Origin: a virus
Length of the DNA stretch: 64,000 bases
IMG/VR virus record: IMGVR_UViG_3300042387_002391
Reading direction: 5' to 3' (one strand)
The translations under genes and the position numbers were made by a program. This document shows, piece by piece, positions 1-8,782 of the stretch. How positions within the stretch are numbered: the stretch's first letter is position 1; each line of letters starts with the position of its first letter. Below the pieces are notes generated by a model. That model was not told the DNA's origin and ran no database searches. It saw only the letters and a list, made by a program, of their open reading frames with translations.

Positions 1-112
1 AGCTAATGTCTTCATATATCGACAACACTCCTCCTTGTTTTTTTATAAACACTCTAGTATCTCTCCTTATCCCCGCATTTCTCTGCGTTCAAAACACTCT
101 CCAATCCATCGT

Positions 113-403
113 ATGCTAAATTTCCAACTCCTCGTCGAAGAGCTTCTCGAAGAAGCTGATAAATCAAAAATGCCTTGCAACAAGCCTCGGAGGATTCGCA
201 AAGGCGAGCCTGGAGCTGGTGTCAAAAAATTTGTCGTAAAGGCCTGCGAAAATGGCAAAGAAAAAATCTTGCGTTTCGGAGATGCCAATATGAAGATTAA
301 GAAATCCAATCCAAAAAGACGCAAAGCATTTCGTTCAAGGCATCGGTGCGACAATCCTGGAAGTAAGCTTAAAAAGCGCTACTGGAGTTGCTCCAAATGG
401 TGA
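113..403 (+). CDS. Small basic phage protein (DUF6321-like)
   Basis: Motif KAC..GKEK..RFGD.NMKIKK.NP.RRK.FR.RH.CD.PG.K.K.RYWSC..W. ATG at 113 preferred over TTG at 35 because it gives the leader MLNFQLLVEELLEE. Confidence 0.75.
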   Translation: MLNFQLLVEELLEEADKSKMPCNKPRRIRKGEPGAGVKKFVVKACENGKEKILRFGDANMKIKKSNPKRRKAFRSRHRCDNPGSKLKKRYWSCSKW

Positions 404-1531
404 TCAAATCTCTTCTCTCACGCCCTCTTCAAAACAAAGATCATAAAGCTTTGCAAGTCTCTTTCTTAAGACTCCTGCAATCTCTTTCATTTCTGAAATC
501 TTCTTCAAAAAGTACTGAAGTTCTCTTCCTTCAAACTTTCTAAAATCTCTGTTCATCTTCAAACAATATTCTCTCAAACTTTCTAAATCCTTCTTGATCT
601 CCTGCTCCGTCTTAAAATTCACTAAAATACTCTGCAAAGCATTCTTAACATAATCTTCGAGGTGCTCTCTATGCTTCACAACAACCCTCTCAAAAATAAT
701 TACCAAAGCCTTATTAATCTTTTCGTCTCTTTGCAAATCCTCCGTAACTCCTTCTTTCTTCAAAAATGCTTCAATCTCCTGGAGACTCCTTTTCAACTCT
801 TCAACAAACTTCACAGGCTCCATGTTTTCAATTCTTCGGAGCCTCTTATAAATCTCGTCTTGATCTAAAAACTTCACAAAATCATTCTTCTTAATTCTTC
901 TCTGAACAATTTTCGAAGCCATCTCAGAAGGCCCAACAAGTCCTTCAAAAGCTGAAACAAAGTACAAATTATCAAAAAATTGCTGAATAACTCCAACAGG
1001 AATTTCAATCTGCGAAACAATCTTGTAATCAATCATTTGCTTTGGAACAATACTCTTCTGCTTCGAAAAAGAATATGAATGATGCAGTTCATGAGCAATC
1101 ACAGAAAGCATTTTTTCTTTCTGGCTTTTGAACACTTCTTTTGCCTCTATTTGTTGCTCAGCAGAAGAAACGCAAATAAACAACTCAATTGTTAAGTTCT
1201 TATAATCTGTCAAATTTCTTAGCTTTAGCTTTTCGATTGATAAAGCAGTCATCAAAGGAGCCACAAACTTCTTTAAAACTGGCTTTGAAAGATTCGGAAC
1301 ACTCTCAAAATAAACCTTGGTTGTCAAATCCTTATAAGTCTCTTTTCCTAATTTTAATTGAAAATTACTTGCAAAATTTTCATAAACAATCTTGGAGCCA
1401 TCAGCACTTTCCAAAAGTTCCAGAAATTCATCATAAACTCTTTCTGCTTCTTCTACAATATTCTCAGGCACTCCAATAGCTTCTTCCAAAGCCTGTAACG
1501 TCTGCTGATAAAGTTTTTCAAAACTACTCAT
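404..1531 (-). CDS. Putative zinc metallopeptidase (HExxH), paralog 1
   Basis: IAHELHH plus downstream FVSAFE..GPSE. Start moved to ATG 1531 (MSSFEKLY), which matches the paralog and overlaps its stop. Confidence 0.6.
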   Translation of the reverse strand: MSSFEKLYQQTLQALEEAIGVPENIVEEAERVYDEFLELLESADGSKIVYENFASNFQLKLGKETYKDLTTKVYFESVPNLSKPVLKKFVAPLMTALSIEKLKLRNLTDYKNLTIELFICVSSAEQQIEAKEVFKSQKEKMLSVIAHELHHSYSFSKQKSIVPKQMIDYKIVSQIEIPVGVIQQFFDNLYFVSAFEGLVGPSEMASKIVQRRIKKNDFVKFLDQDEIYKRLRRIENMEPVKFVEELKRSLQEIEAFLKKEGVTEDLQRDEKINKALVIIFERVVVKHREHLEDYVKNALQSILVNFKTEQEIKKDLESLREYCLKMNRDFRKFEGRELQYFLKKISEMKEIAGVLRKRLAKLYDLCFEEGVREEI

Positions 1532-2705
1532 AACGTTTTCGCATTTGTTCTGCAAGCTCATTATATCTATCGACTTCTTCAATTATCTTTTCAAAACTCG
1601 TTGTTGATTCTCCTAAAAGCTCCTCGTTCGTTACATAATTTTCTTTACACAAACCATAAAGCTTGGCAAGTTTTCTTTTTGTAATATTTGCTTGTTCTTT
1701 AAAATTGTTTATCGAATCTTTAAAGAACTGCTCTTCTCTTCCTTTGTATTTTGCAAGTTTCTTTTGAATTTTTTGCACATATAATCGTATTTCTTCGATA
1801 GGAGGAATCTTATCGTCATCCAAAGCAGCATTGATGCCTGTTTTGACATACTTAGCAAACGATGTTGCAATGTCGCGACTCAGATCTGAAACAACAATCT
1901 CTAAGCATTTTTTAATCTTTTGATCAATTGTTCCTTGTGAACTTTTTAAAAATCTGTCAATTGAGTCTTCTTGTCTTTCAAGTTCTTTCGAAAAGTCTTC
2001 GTAACTAAATCTGCTCAAAGCACTCAAGATTTTATAAATGTCATTGCTTTCTAAGAACTCGAGAAAATTGCCTTTTCTAATATTATTTAGCTCAATTTTT
2101 GCAGCCAGTTCGGAAGGATAAACGAGAATCTCCATTGCTGATAACAAATAAAGAGACGATATAAATCCATCAATAGAAAGAATTCCAGTTTTAGGTAAGG
2201 CTCCGCTTGCATAATTTGAAATTGCTGTGTCTGATGCGAGATTAAAAGCATTCCTGACAAGATTTACAGAATTTACAAAGACGTGATGCAATTCGTGAGC
2301 AATTAAAGGAACGATTGCTAGTTTCGAGTCAACAAAAAATTGCTTCAAGTCTTTTTGACTGAACTCGACAGGAACGTTGATCGTACAATTAATTTCTGGA
2401 ATATCCTCAGCAATTTTAGATTTTTGTATAAAAACATCGAAGTTATGCCTTGCTGGAACACTCAGACTTTTTAAGGTCAGTTCTTTATCTGGAATCAATT
2501 TCAAAGAAATTTTAATATCTTTGAACGTTTTGCTTCCTATAGCAAGATTGAAGTCTTTTAAAGTTTTTTCTCGTGTATTGCTATCAATCAGCTTCAAAAA
2601 TTCTTCATAGACTCTGCGGGCTTCTTGTGCAATATTTTCAGGAACACCAAGTGCTTCTTCTAATCTTTGTAAAGTTTTCTCATAAAGTTTCTCAAAACTA
2701 CTCAT
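1524..2705 (-). CDS. Putative zinc metallopeptidase (HExxH), paralog 2
   Basis: IAHELHH and LLSAME..YPSE. N-terminus nearly identical to paralog 1. TAATTA 5 nt upstream of the ATG. Confidence 0.6.
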   Translation of the reverse strand: MSSFEKLYEKTLQRLEEALGVPENIAQEARRVYEEFLKLIDSNTREKTLKDFNLAIGSKTFKDIKISLKLIPDKELTLKSLSVPARHNFDVFIQKSKIAEDIPEINCTINVPVEFSQKDLKQFFVDSKLAIVPLIAHELHHVFVNSVNLVRNAFNLASDTAISNYASGALPKTGILSIDGFISSLYLLSAMEILVYPSELAAKIELNNIRKGNFLEFLESNDIYKILSALSRFSYEDFSKELERQEDSIDRFLKSSQGTIDQKIKKCLEIVVSDLSRDIATSFAKYVKTGINAALDDDKIPPIEEIRLYVQKIQKKLAKYKGREEQFFKDSINNFKEQANITKRKLAKLYGLCKENYVTNEELLGESTTSFEKIIEEVDRYNELAEQMRKRYE

Positions 2706-2710
2706 GGCTA

Positions 2711-2736
2711 TAATTATAACGTTTTTTGATTAAATA
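2711..2736. promoter_or_regulatory. Divergent pair of putative late promoters (TAATTA minus, TAAATA plus)
   Basis: TAATTA 2711-2716 lies 5 nt from ATG 2705(-). TAAATA 2731-2736 lies 5 nt from ATG 2742(+). Resembles the T4 late promoter TATAAATA. Confidence 0.7.
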
Positions 2737-2741
2737 AAAAC

Positions 2742-3299
2742 ATGCCATACAAAATCTATTCATACAAAGGAAAGTATCGTGTCTGCAAACCAGGTGGCAA
2801 AAAATGCTTCTCTAAAAAAGGTTTGCCAAAAGCTACAGCAGAAGCTCAACAAAAAGCTTTGTATGCTTCTGAGAACGTTAAGGAAAGCTTGGATACTTCA
2901 AAAGTTGGCTCCAATCTCGAATTCAAGATGGTTATGCCTCCTTTGCAAGACGAAAAGAAGTGCTCCGTATTTTATAAAGTTCTTTCTGATCCAGGTGCTG
3001 ATCTTGTAATTGTTTACAGTATTGGAAATATTGCAGAAGATACTGACTATTTGTATTTTGCAGTAGTTGATCATAATGATCCGCACGGCAGGCCTCATAT
3101 TGAAGAAGATCCTCTCTCAGAAAGCGCTAAAAGCCTTCTGAAGACTTATAAGCTAACGCCGGCAGATGTTGAAATGGCTGGAGATGATGGTTATGAAAAG
3201 ATCGAAGAGCACTTGTTTAGTTCTTCAGAAACTTTGAAAGAACCTTTTGAAGAATCAAAGAGCTTTGAAGCATTTGCTAAAAGAGTTCTTGCTGAATGA
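2742..3299 (+). CDS. Hypothetical late protein, basic N-terminal module
   Basis: MPYKI...KA.AEAQQKALYASE module common in myoviruses. C-terminal ESKSFEAFAKRVLAE resembles a capsid-targeting sequence. Confidence 0.6.
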   Translation: MPYKIYSYKGKYRVCKPGGKKCFSKKGLPKATAEAQQKALYASENVKESLDTSKVGSNLEFKMVMPPLQDEKKCSVFYKVLSDPGADLVIVYSIGNIAEDTDYLYFAVVDHNDPHGRPHIEEDPLSESAKSLLKTYKLTPADVEMAGDDGYEKIEEHLFSSSETLKEPFEESKSFEAFAKRVLAE

Positions 3300-3745
3300 A
3301 AAAGAATTCAAAGTTTCGCCAAGGAATTTATACATGCAGATTTCCCGAAAAGTATAAAGGAAATGCTGCCAAAATTTGTTATAGGAGCTCGTATGAATTA
3401 AAGGTGATGCGCATGCTCGATCTCAATCCGAGCGTTTTAGAATGGTCATCAGAAGAAACCATAATTCCTTATCAGAATCCTTTAACAGGAAGAGTGTCTA
3501 GATATTTTATCGATATCTACGCAAAAATGAAAGACAAAAACGGCGATGTTAAAAAATATTTAATCGAAATCAAGCCGCACTGTCAAACACTTCCGCCAGT
3601 TCAAAAGAACAAAAAGACTAAAAGCTTAATTTATCAGCAAGCTGAATATGCTAAAAATCAAGCAAAATGGGCTGCTGCAGATAGCTTTGCAAGGAATAAA
3701 GGAATGATCTTTACAATCATTACCGAAAAGCACCTAGGCCTCTAG
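3296..3745 (+). CDS. gp4: Head completion nuclease (T4 gp4-like, TnsA-type)
   Basis: PEKYKG...YRSSYE...WSSEE..IPY...RYF.D...LIEIKP...NQAKW.AA...ITEKHL. Confidence 0.9.
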   Translation: MKKNSKFRQGIYTCRFPEKYKGNAAKICYRSSYELKVMRMLDLNPSVLEWSSEETIIPYQNPLTGRVSRYFIDIYAKMKDKNGDVKKYLIEIKPHCQTLPPVQKNKKTKSLIYQQAEYAKNQAKWAAADSFARNKGMIFTIITEKHLGL

Positions 3746-4047
3746 CTCATAAAGTCTGCCCATTTCTTTTTAGCAGTAACTGTTGCAGATAAAGAACTAA
3801 TTGCAGTAAAGACAGTAGAAGATAAGGAAGTAATTGTTCCGAAGGTTTCAGCAGACAAAGAACTAATTGCAAGAGAAGTAGTAGAAGACAGAGAAGCAAT
3901 ACTGGCAGATAATTCAGCTGTTTGGACTCTTGTTAAAAACTGATTGCCAGGAACTCTTCTTGTACTATCCCCACGAGACAAGATCAATTGATCATCTTCG
4001 AGAATGATAGTTGTTGCTGGTAGTTCTGAAATCTTAATGCCGGCCAT
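3742..4047 (-). CDS. Small virion-type protein with KISELP N-terminal motif
   Basis: MAGIKISELP start and SLSS/SLSA repeats. TAAGTA 5 nt upstream. Confidence 0.6.
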   Translation of the reverse strand: MAGIKISELPATTIILEDDQLILSRGDSTRRVPGNQFLTRVQTAELSASIASLSSTTSLAISSLSAETFGTITSLSSTVFTAISSLSATVTAKKKWADFMS

Positions 4048-4075
4048 AATAATACTTATCGATTTTTAAAAATTT

Positions 4076-4267
4076 TCACTCGATGCACCTCAAATTAATC
4101 TGGTCTTGGTTTTCTTGATTCAATTCAATTTCTAATCCACTGTCATCTACTGCCAAATAACAAATTTCTTCTGGAGGAAGCTCGCAAACATTATAAGGAA
4201 ACCCGTAACCTCTATTGCCAGAAGTAACTTTGAAGTTAGGCGGAAGGTTTTTAATAATGCAAGACAT
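4076..4267 (-). CDS. Hypothetical late protein (63 aa)
   Basis: ATG 4267 has TAAATA (4273-4278) 5 nt upstream. Confidence 0.55.
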   Translation of the reverse strand: MSCIIKNLPPNFKVTSGNRGYGFPYNVCELPPEEICYLAVDDSGLEIELNQENQDQINLRCIE

Positions 4268-4333
4268 AACAATATTTATCAAAAAAATTCGACAAATAGC
4301 AGAAAATTCTCTCCTAATAGATAAATAAACTTT

Positions 4334-5011
4334 ATGGGACTAAAATTCTTATCCACAGAACTACATGATGAACTTGATTTTCTCGTAGAAGAAAAAAATT
4401 CTGAAGAGCCACAAAAGTATTATATTACAGGCAAATATATGCTCTTTGGTGAAAAAAACCAAAACGGAAGAGTCTATCAAGGCGAAGAAATGATTAAGGA
4501 AGTGGAGCGCTATACAAGCGACATGATTAAAACTCGCCGAGCAATTGGTGAAATGAATCATCCACAATCAACTGAAGTTAATCCAGTCAATGCTTGTCAC
4601 CTTGTTACTGAACTCAAACAAAACGGAAATTACTTTATCGGTAAATCGCTCATTCTTGATACTCCAATGGGCCAATTGCTAAAGTCTCTTGTAAAAGACA
4701 AGATTCAAATGGGCATTTCTACTCGTGGTCTCGGAAATCTTACAGAATCTTCTGCCGGCAAACAAGTTTCCAACTTTCATCTAATTTGTTTGGACGTTGT
4801 TCACCAACCATCAGTTCAAAATGCAATGTTAGAGTCCGTCCTCGAATCCAAAGAATGGTTGATTGGAACAGACGGAAAAATTATCGAAGTTTCTGCTGAC
4901 GCATTTAATAATCTCAAAGAGGGAGTTTCTAAAATTCCAAAACATGATGCTGATATTTTTCTCAAAGAACAGTTGATGAAGTTTATCAATTCTCTTAAGT
5001 CGAATAAATAA
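4334..5011 (+). CDS. gp21: Prohead protease (T4 gp21)
   Basis: KNQNGRVY, IGEMNHP, ISTRGLG and DVVHQPS motifs. Lies upstream of gp22/gp23. Confidence 0.95.
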   Translation: MGLKFLSTELHDELDFLVEEKNSEEPQKYYITGKYMLFGEKNQNGRVYQGEEMIKEVERYTSDMIKTRRAIGEMNHPQSTEVNPVNACHLVTELKQNGNYFIGKSLILDTPMGQLLKSLVKDKIQMGISTRGLGNLTESSAGKQVSNFHLICLDVVHQPSVQNAMLESVLESKEWLIGTDGKIIEVSADAFNNLKEGVSKIPKHDADIFLKEQLMKFINSLKSNK

Positions 5012-5015
5012 AATC

Positions 5016-5153
5016 ATGGAAAATAAAAACCTCAAACAATTTATCGCAAATATTGCTGATAAAAACTATAAGCAAGCTAGCACCTGTCTACAGAAAGTTG
5101 TAGAAGATAAATTAAAAAGTCGAATTAAACAAGACTTAAACGAGAAAAAATAA
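5016..5153 (+). CDS. Small prohead core protein (gp67-like), missing from the ORF track
   Basis: MENKNLKQFIANIADKNYKQASTCLQKVVEDKLKSRIKQDLNEKK (45 aa), with TAAATA 5005-5010 5 nt upstream. Lies between gp21 and gp22. Confidence 0.65.
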   Translation: MENKNLKQFIANIADKNYKQASTCLQKVVEDKLKSRIKQDLNEKK

Positions 5154-5179
5154 ACATTTTAGATAAATAAAAATACACC

Positions 5180-6238
5180 ATGAAAGTAACTAACATTCTT
5201 GAGGAGCAGTTCAAAGATCTTATTTCTGAAGAAACTCTCAAAACCATCGAAGAAACCTTCCAACAAGCAGTTGACGAAAAAGCTAATGAAAAGTTCTTAG
5301 CTGAAAGCGCTCAGCTTGATAAGCAATATGCTGCAAAGCTCGAACTCGTTATCGAGAAGATTGATGCAGACCATACTGATAAAATGCAAACCGTTCTCGA
5401 AAAGATCGATGCAGATCATACATCAAAACTTGCTGAAGCAATTAAAACAATTGATACTGATCATCACAACAAACTTCAAAAGCTTCTTGAAGCCGTTGAC
5501 GTCGACCATGCTGTAAAGCTCCAGCAGATTCTCAAGAACGTTGATAAGAAGCACACCGGCATGCTCAAGCAAATCGTCGAGAAGTATGAAACTCAACTCA
5601 GCGAAGAAGCTAAGACCTTCCAAGAGCGCCTTGTTGAAGAAGTTTCTAACTACATTGACCTCTATATCGACAAGACCCTTCCAAAGGACCAAATTTCCGA
5701 AGCAGTCAGCAACATCCGTGCTGCTAAACAACTCAATGACATTCGCCGCATTGTTGGCATCTCTGAAGAGTTTGTTGATGGCGAAATCAAAGAAGCCCTC
5801 CATGACGGCAAACGCACAATTGATTCCTTGAGAAGCGAACTTAATGGCACACTCAAAGAAAATGCTGACCTTAACCACAAACTTAACAAAGTTGAAGCAG
5901 CTCTCATTCTTGAGCAAAAGACTGCCGATATGCCTTCTGCAAAGAAAGCGTTTGTTAACAAACTTTTGAAGAACAAAGCTCCACAATACATCACTGAGAA
6001 TTTCTCATATGTTGTTGAGATGTTTGACAAAGAATCTCTAGAAGAGATTGACGAAGCAAGAGATGAAGTTATCTCCCAGTTCACTTCAGAACCATCCAAA
6101 GCGGATCGTCCTGTTTTGATCGAAGAAGAAACCAATTTCAATACAAACTATGAGATAGAGCAAACTGCCTCAAGTGAGGGAGTAAGCAGCTATCTGAATG
6201 AAATGAAAAAAATCAGTGGATCTCGATTCACTCGATAA
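5180..6238 (+). CDS. gp22: Prohead scaffolding protein (T4 gp22-like)
   Basis: Acidic coiled coil with LVEEVSNYIDLY and C-terminal VSSYLNEM. Directly upstream of gp23. Confidence 0.85.
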   Translation: MKVTNILEEQFKDLISEETLKTIEETFQQAVDEKANEKFLAESAQLDKQYAAKLELVIEKIDADHTDKMQTVLEKIDADHTSKLAEAIKTIDTDHHNKLQKLLEAVDVDHAVKLQQILKNVDKKHTGMLKQIVEKYETQLSEEAKTFQERLVEEVSNYIDLYIDKTLPKDQISEAVSNIRAAKQLNDIRRIVGISEEFVDGEIKEALHDGKRTIDSLRSELNGTLKENADLNHKLNKVEAALILEQKTADMPSAKKAFVNKLLKNKAPQYITENFSYVVEMFDKESLEEIDEARDEVISQFTSEPSKADRPVLIEEETNFNTNYEIEQTASSEGVSSYLNEMKKISGSRFTR

Positions 6239-6271
6239 GTTTTCGAAAAACCTTAATAAAAATATAATAAC

Positions 6272-7711
6272 ATGTCTAACGTAATGCACATTAACCGATC
6301 TGAGGCAGAACGCCTTGTCGAAAAATGGGCTCCAGTTTTGGAGTTCTCTTCTGACAAAGTCTCCCAGATCTCTAACGATAACACACGCCTCAACACCGCT
6401 ATCCTTCTTGAAAACCAAGAAAAATGGTGTTTGAACGAGGCTGGCAACTCTGCCGCTACAGGTGGCGTTTTCGGTACTCATCAGCCAACCGCTGGTGCTT
6501 TCTCCGGTGACCGCTATGCTGCTGGTGACGCTCGTTTGCCAAAAGTTCTCATTCCAATGATTCGCCGTACTTTCCCAGAACTCATCACCAATGAGATCGT
6601 GGGCGTACAGCCAATGACTGGACCAGTCGGGCTCGCTTTTGCGATGCGTTATAAATACGAAGATTCCGCTCTCGGTTACTCTGTCAATGGTGACGGAAGC
6701 AATGCTTCTGGCTCTATTGCTGCTAATAACTCCGGTGGTAAAGAACTTGGTTACAACTACCTCAACACTGCCTTCACAGGCGCCTCTTCTGAAGCCCTCA
6801 GCGGTCTTCCAGGCGTTTGGGATTCAATCGGTGAAGACAACGGTGTTGGCGCCTTGATCAGCCAATTCGAGCTTTCTTCCAAGATTCCTCAAATCACAGT
6901 TGCTTTCGAAAAGACTGCTGTTGAAGCTACAACCCGCCGTTTGGCAGCCAAATGGTCCGTTGAGCTCGAGCAAGATCTTCGCAACATGAACGGCATCGAC
7001 ATCGATTCCGAACTCACAAACACCATGTCTTATGAGATCCAAGCTGAAATCGACCGCGAAATGATCGCTCGTATGATCCAAGTCTGTCTCAATGCTGGTG
7101 CTGGTGTTGGTTACTCCACCTGGTCTGCAATTTCTGCAGATGGTCGCTGGTCCGGTGAGCGCGCTCGTGACTTCTACAATCGCTTGGTTGTTGAAGCTAA
7201 CCGCGTTGCTATCCGCAACCGCCGTGGTGCAGCTAACTTCATCATCGCAACTCCTCGTATTTGCGCAATCCTTGAAACCCTTCCAAACTTCACTTGGCAA
7301 CCAGTCACAGGTAATGTTAACACAGCTCCTGTTGGTATCGCTAAAGTTGGTTCTATCGGAGGCCGTTTCCAGATCTATCGCGACACTCGTACTGAGGCTC
7401 AAATCAACGCTGGTTACACAGCTTCTAACCAAGGTGGTGGCTATGCTTCCGCTCGTACGAAGCCAGTTGATTATGCTCTCCTCGGTTACAAAGGATCTGA
7501 ATTTTATGATTCAGGCATCCTATATTGTCCGTATATCCCTGTGATGGTTCAGCGTACAATCGCTCCCAATGACTTTAGCCCACGTGTTGGTCTCCTCACC
7601 CGTTACGGTGTTGTTGACAACATTTTCGGCAGCTCATTGTATTACCATCTCCTCATCTGCACTGGCCTCGGCCAATCGTTCCAACCCGGAACTGCTGCTA
7701 CCTATCTCTAA
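6272..7711 (+). CDS. gp23: Major capsid protein (T4 gp23)
   Basis: EKWAPVL, LLENQE, MIRRTFP.LI..EIVGVQPMTGPVGL.FAMRY, EL.QDL, EIDRE, YCPYIP, TRYG. Strong high-expression codon bias. Confidence 0.98.
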   Translation: MSNVMHINRSEAERLVEKWAPVLEFSSDKVSQISNDNTRLNTAILLENQEKWCLNEAGNSAATGGVFGTHQPTAGAFSGDRYAAGDARLPKVLIPMIRRTFPELITNEIVGVQPMTGPVGLAFAMRYKYEDSALGYSVNGDGSNASGSIAANNSGGKELGYNYLNTAFTGASSEALSGLPGVWDSIGEDNGVGALISQFELSSKIPQITVAFEKTAVEATTRRLAAKWSVELEQDLRNMNGIDIDSELTNTMSYEIQAEIDREMIARMIQVCLNAGAGVGYSTWSAISADGRWSGERARDFYNRLVVEANRVAIRNRRGAANFIIATPRICAILETLPNFTWQPVTGNVNTAPVGIAKVGSIGGRFQIYRDTRTEAQINAGYTASNQGGGYASARTKPVDYALLGYKGSEFYDSGILYCPYIPVMVQRTIAPNDFSPRVGLLTRYGVVDNIFGSSLYYHLLICTGLGQSFQPGTAATYL

Positions 7712-7732
7712 TAGGAAAGAGGAAAAACCTCA

Positions 7733-7763
7733 GAAAACCCCGGTTCAAAAGACCGGGGTTTTC
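7733..7763. terminator. Rho-independent terminator after gp23 (probably bidirectional)
   Basis: gaaaaccccggtt-caaaa-gaccggggttttc inverted repeat. Confidence 0.85.
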
Positions 7764-7781
7764 CTTTGTCCTTTTTAGTAC

Positions 7782-7890
7782 AAAGTTACCGTATCATAGC
7801 CTTCGTTACCCTCACGAAGGCTTCGCTTCTCAAGCTTAAAGTTAATACGCTATCATAAAGTGCGCTACCCTTGCTTGTGTACGCACGCTC
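7782..7890. repeat. Imperfect tandem repeat (about 55 nt) with a hairpin in each unit
   Basis: Unit A aaagttaccgtatcatagccttcgttaccctcacgaaggc; unit B aaagttaatacgctatcataaagtgcgctacccttgc...cgcac. Confidence 0.55.
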
Positions 7891-7902
7891 ACAAACCTTT
7901 GC

Positions 7903-8703
7903 TTAACTAGCTGTCAATGCAACGCAAACACTGCTCCAACCCTCTTTGGTTGGCTCATCATACGAATCACTCTTTGCTAAATTCTCAGCAGCCCATAAAG
8001 GTTGGAGGTTAGAAAAATGAAAACATGCTCTTCTTTGATCTGGATCAGTTAAATCAAACAAAGCACAAGGCTTAATGTGATCGATGTGCCATTCTCCGTA
8101 ATTTTCATCTGTCATGCCTGACTTATATTGACTTCTCAAATGCTCTACAAGTTGTTGCTTTGTGCAACCGATTAGATCTATTGTTGACTCTTCTTTGTTC
8201 CATTTCTGTCCCTTGAGAGCCTTTTTCATCAAATGATACAAGTAAGCTCTCGCGTTCTCCACCATTCTATGCCCTAAGTCATTTTGACGCTTTGTTCTTT
8301 TATATTCTAGACAATCTTCTTTATTCTCTATCCAATATTGTTTTGAGTATTCTTTGTGGTAGTTCTCGTTATCTTCTCTCCACTGAGCAGTTCGAGCATA
8401 TTGTCTGTTTTTGTACTCTTCGTCCTCTCTCAGTTTGCTTCTTTGGTGCTCTCTTCTTTCTTCGGATTGCTTTTCATAAGCTTCAGGATTTGCGTCTTTC
8501 CAGTTTCTGTAAACTTTTTTGTCTGTTGCTTGCTTTCTTGCTCTGAATTCTTCATCAACCCATGTTCTAATTGTTCTTTTTTGAACATCTGGAAACTCGT
8601 CTTTTACGACTTTAAAAGCTGCCTCCAAACCGTTTTGCTCACAAATTTGTTTGATATACTCTTTGTATTCTTTGGTGAATTTGTTTCCGTTCTTTTTGTT
8701 CAC
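7903..8703 (-). mobile_element. Free-standing HNH homing endonuclease
   Basis: WHIDHIKPC..FDL...CFHFSNLQPLWAAENLAK with a helical linker. GTG start has TAATTA 5 nt upstream. Confidence 0.85.
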
Positions 8704-8782
8704 GATGATAATTATTTGATTTTAACAATTTTTCCACTAGATTTTCTGTTGATGTCCTGTATCATAATATTAAATAACTTAT

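Noticed and set aside
5316-7778. Long alternative-frame and antisense ORFs over gp22/gp23 (e.g. 5423-5986, 6824-7432)
   Set aside because: Expected shadows of strongly biased codon usage. They have no promoter boxes or motifs.
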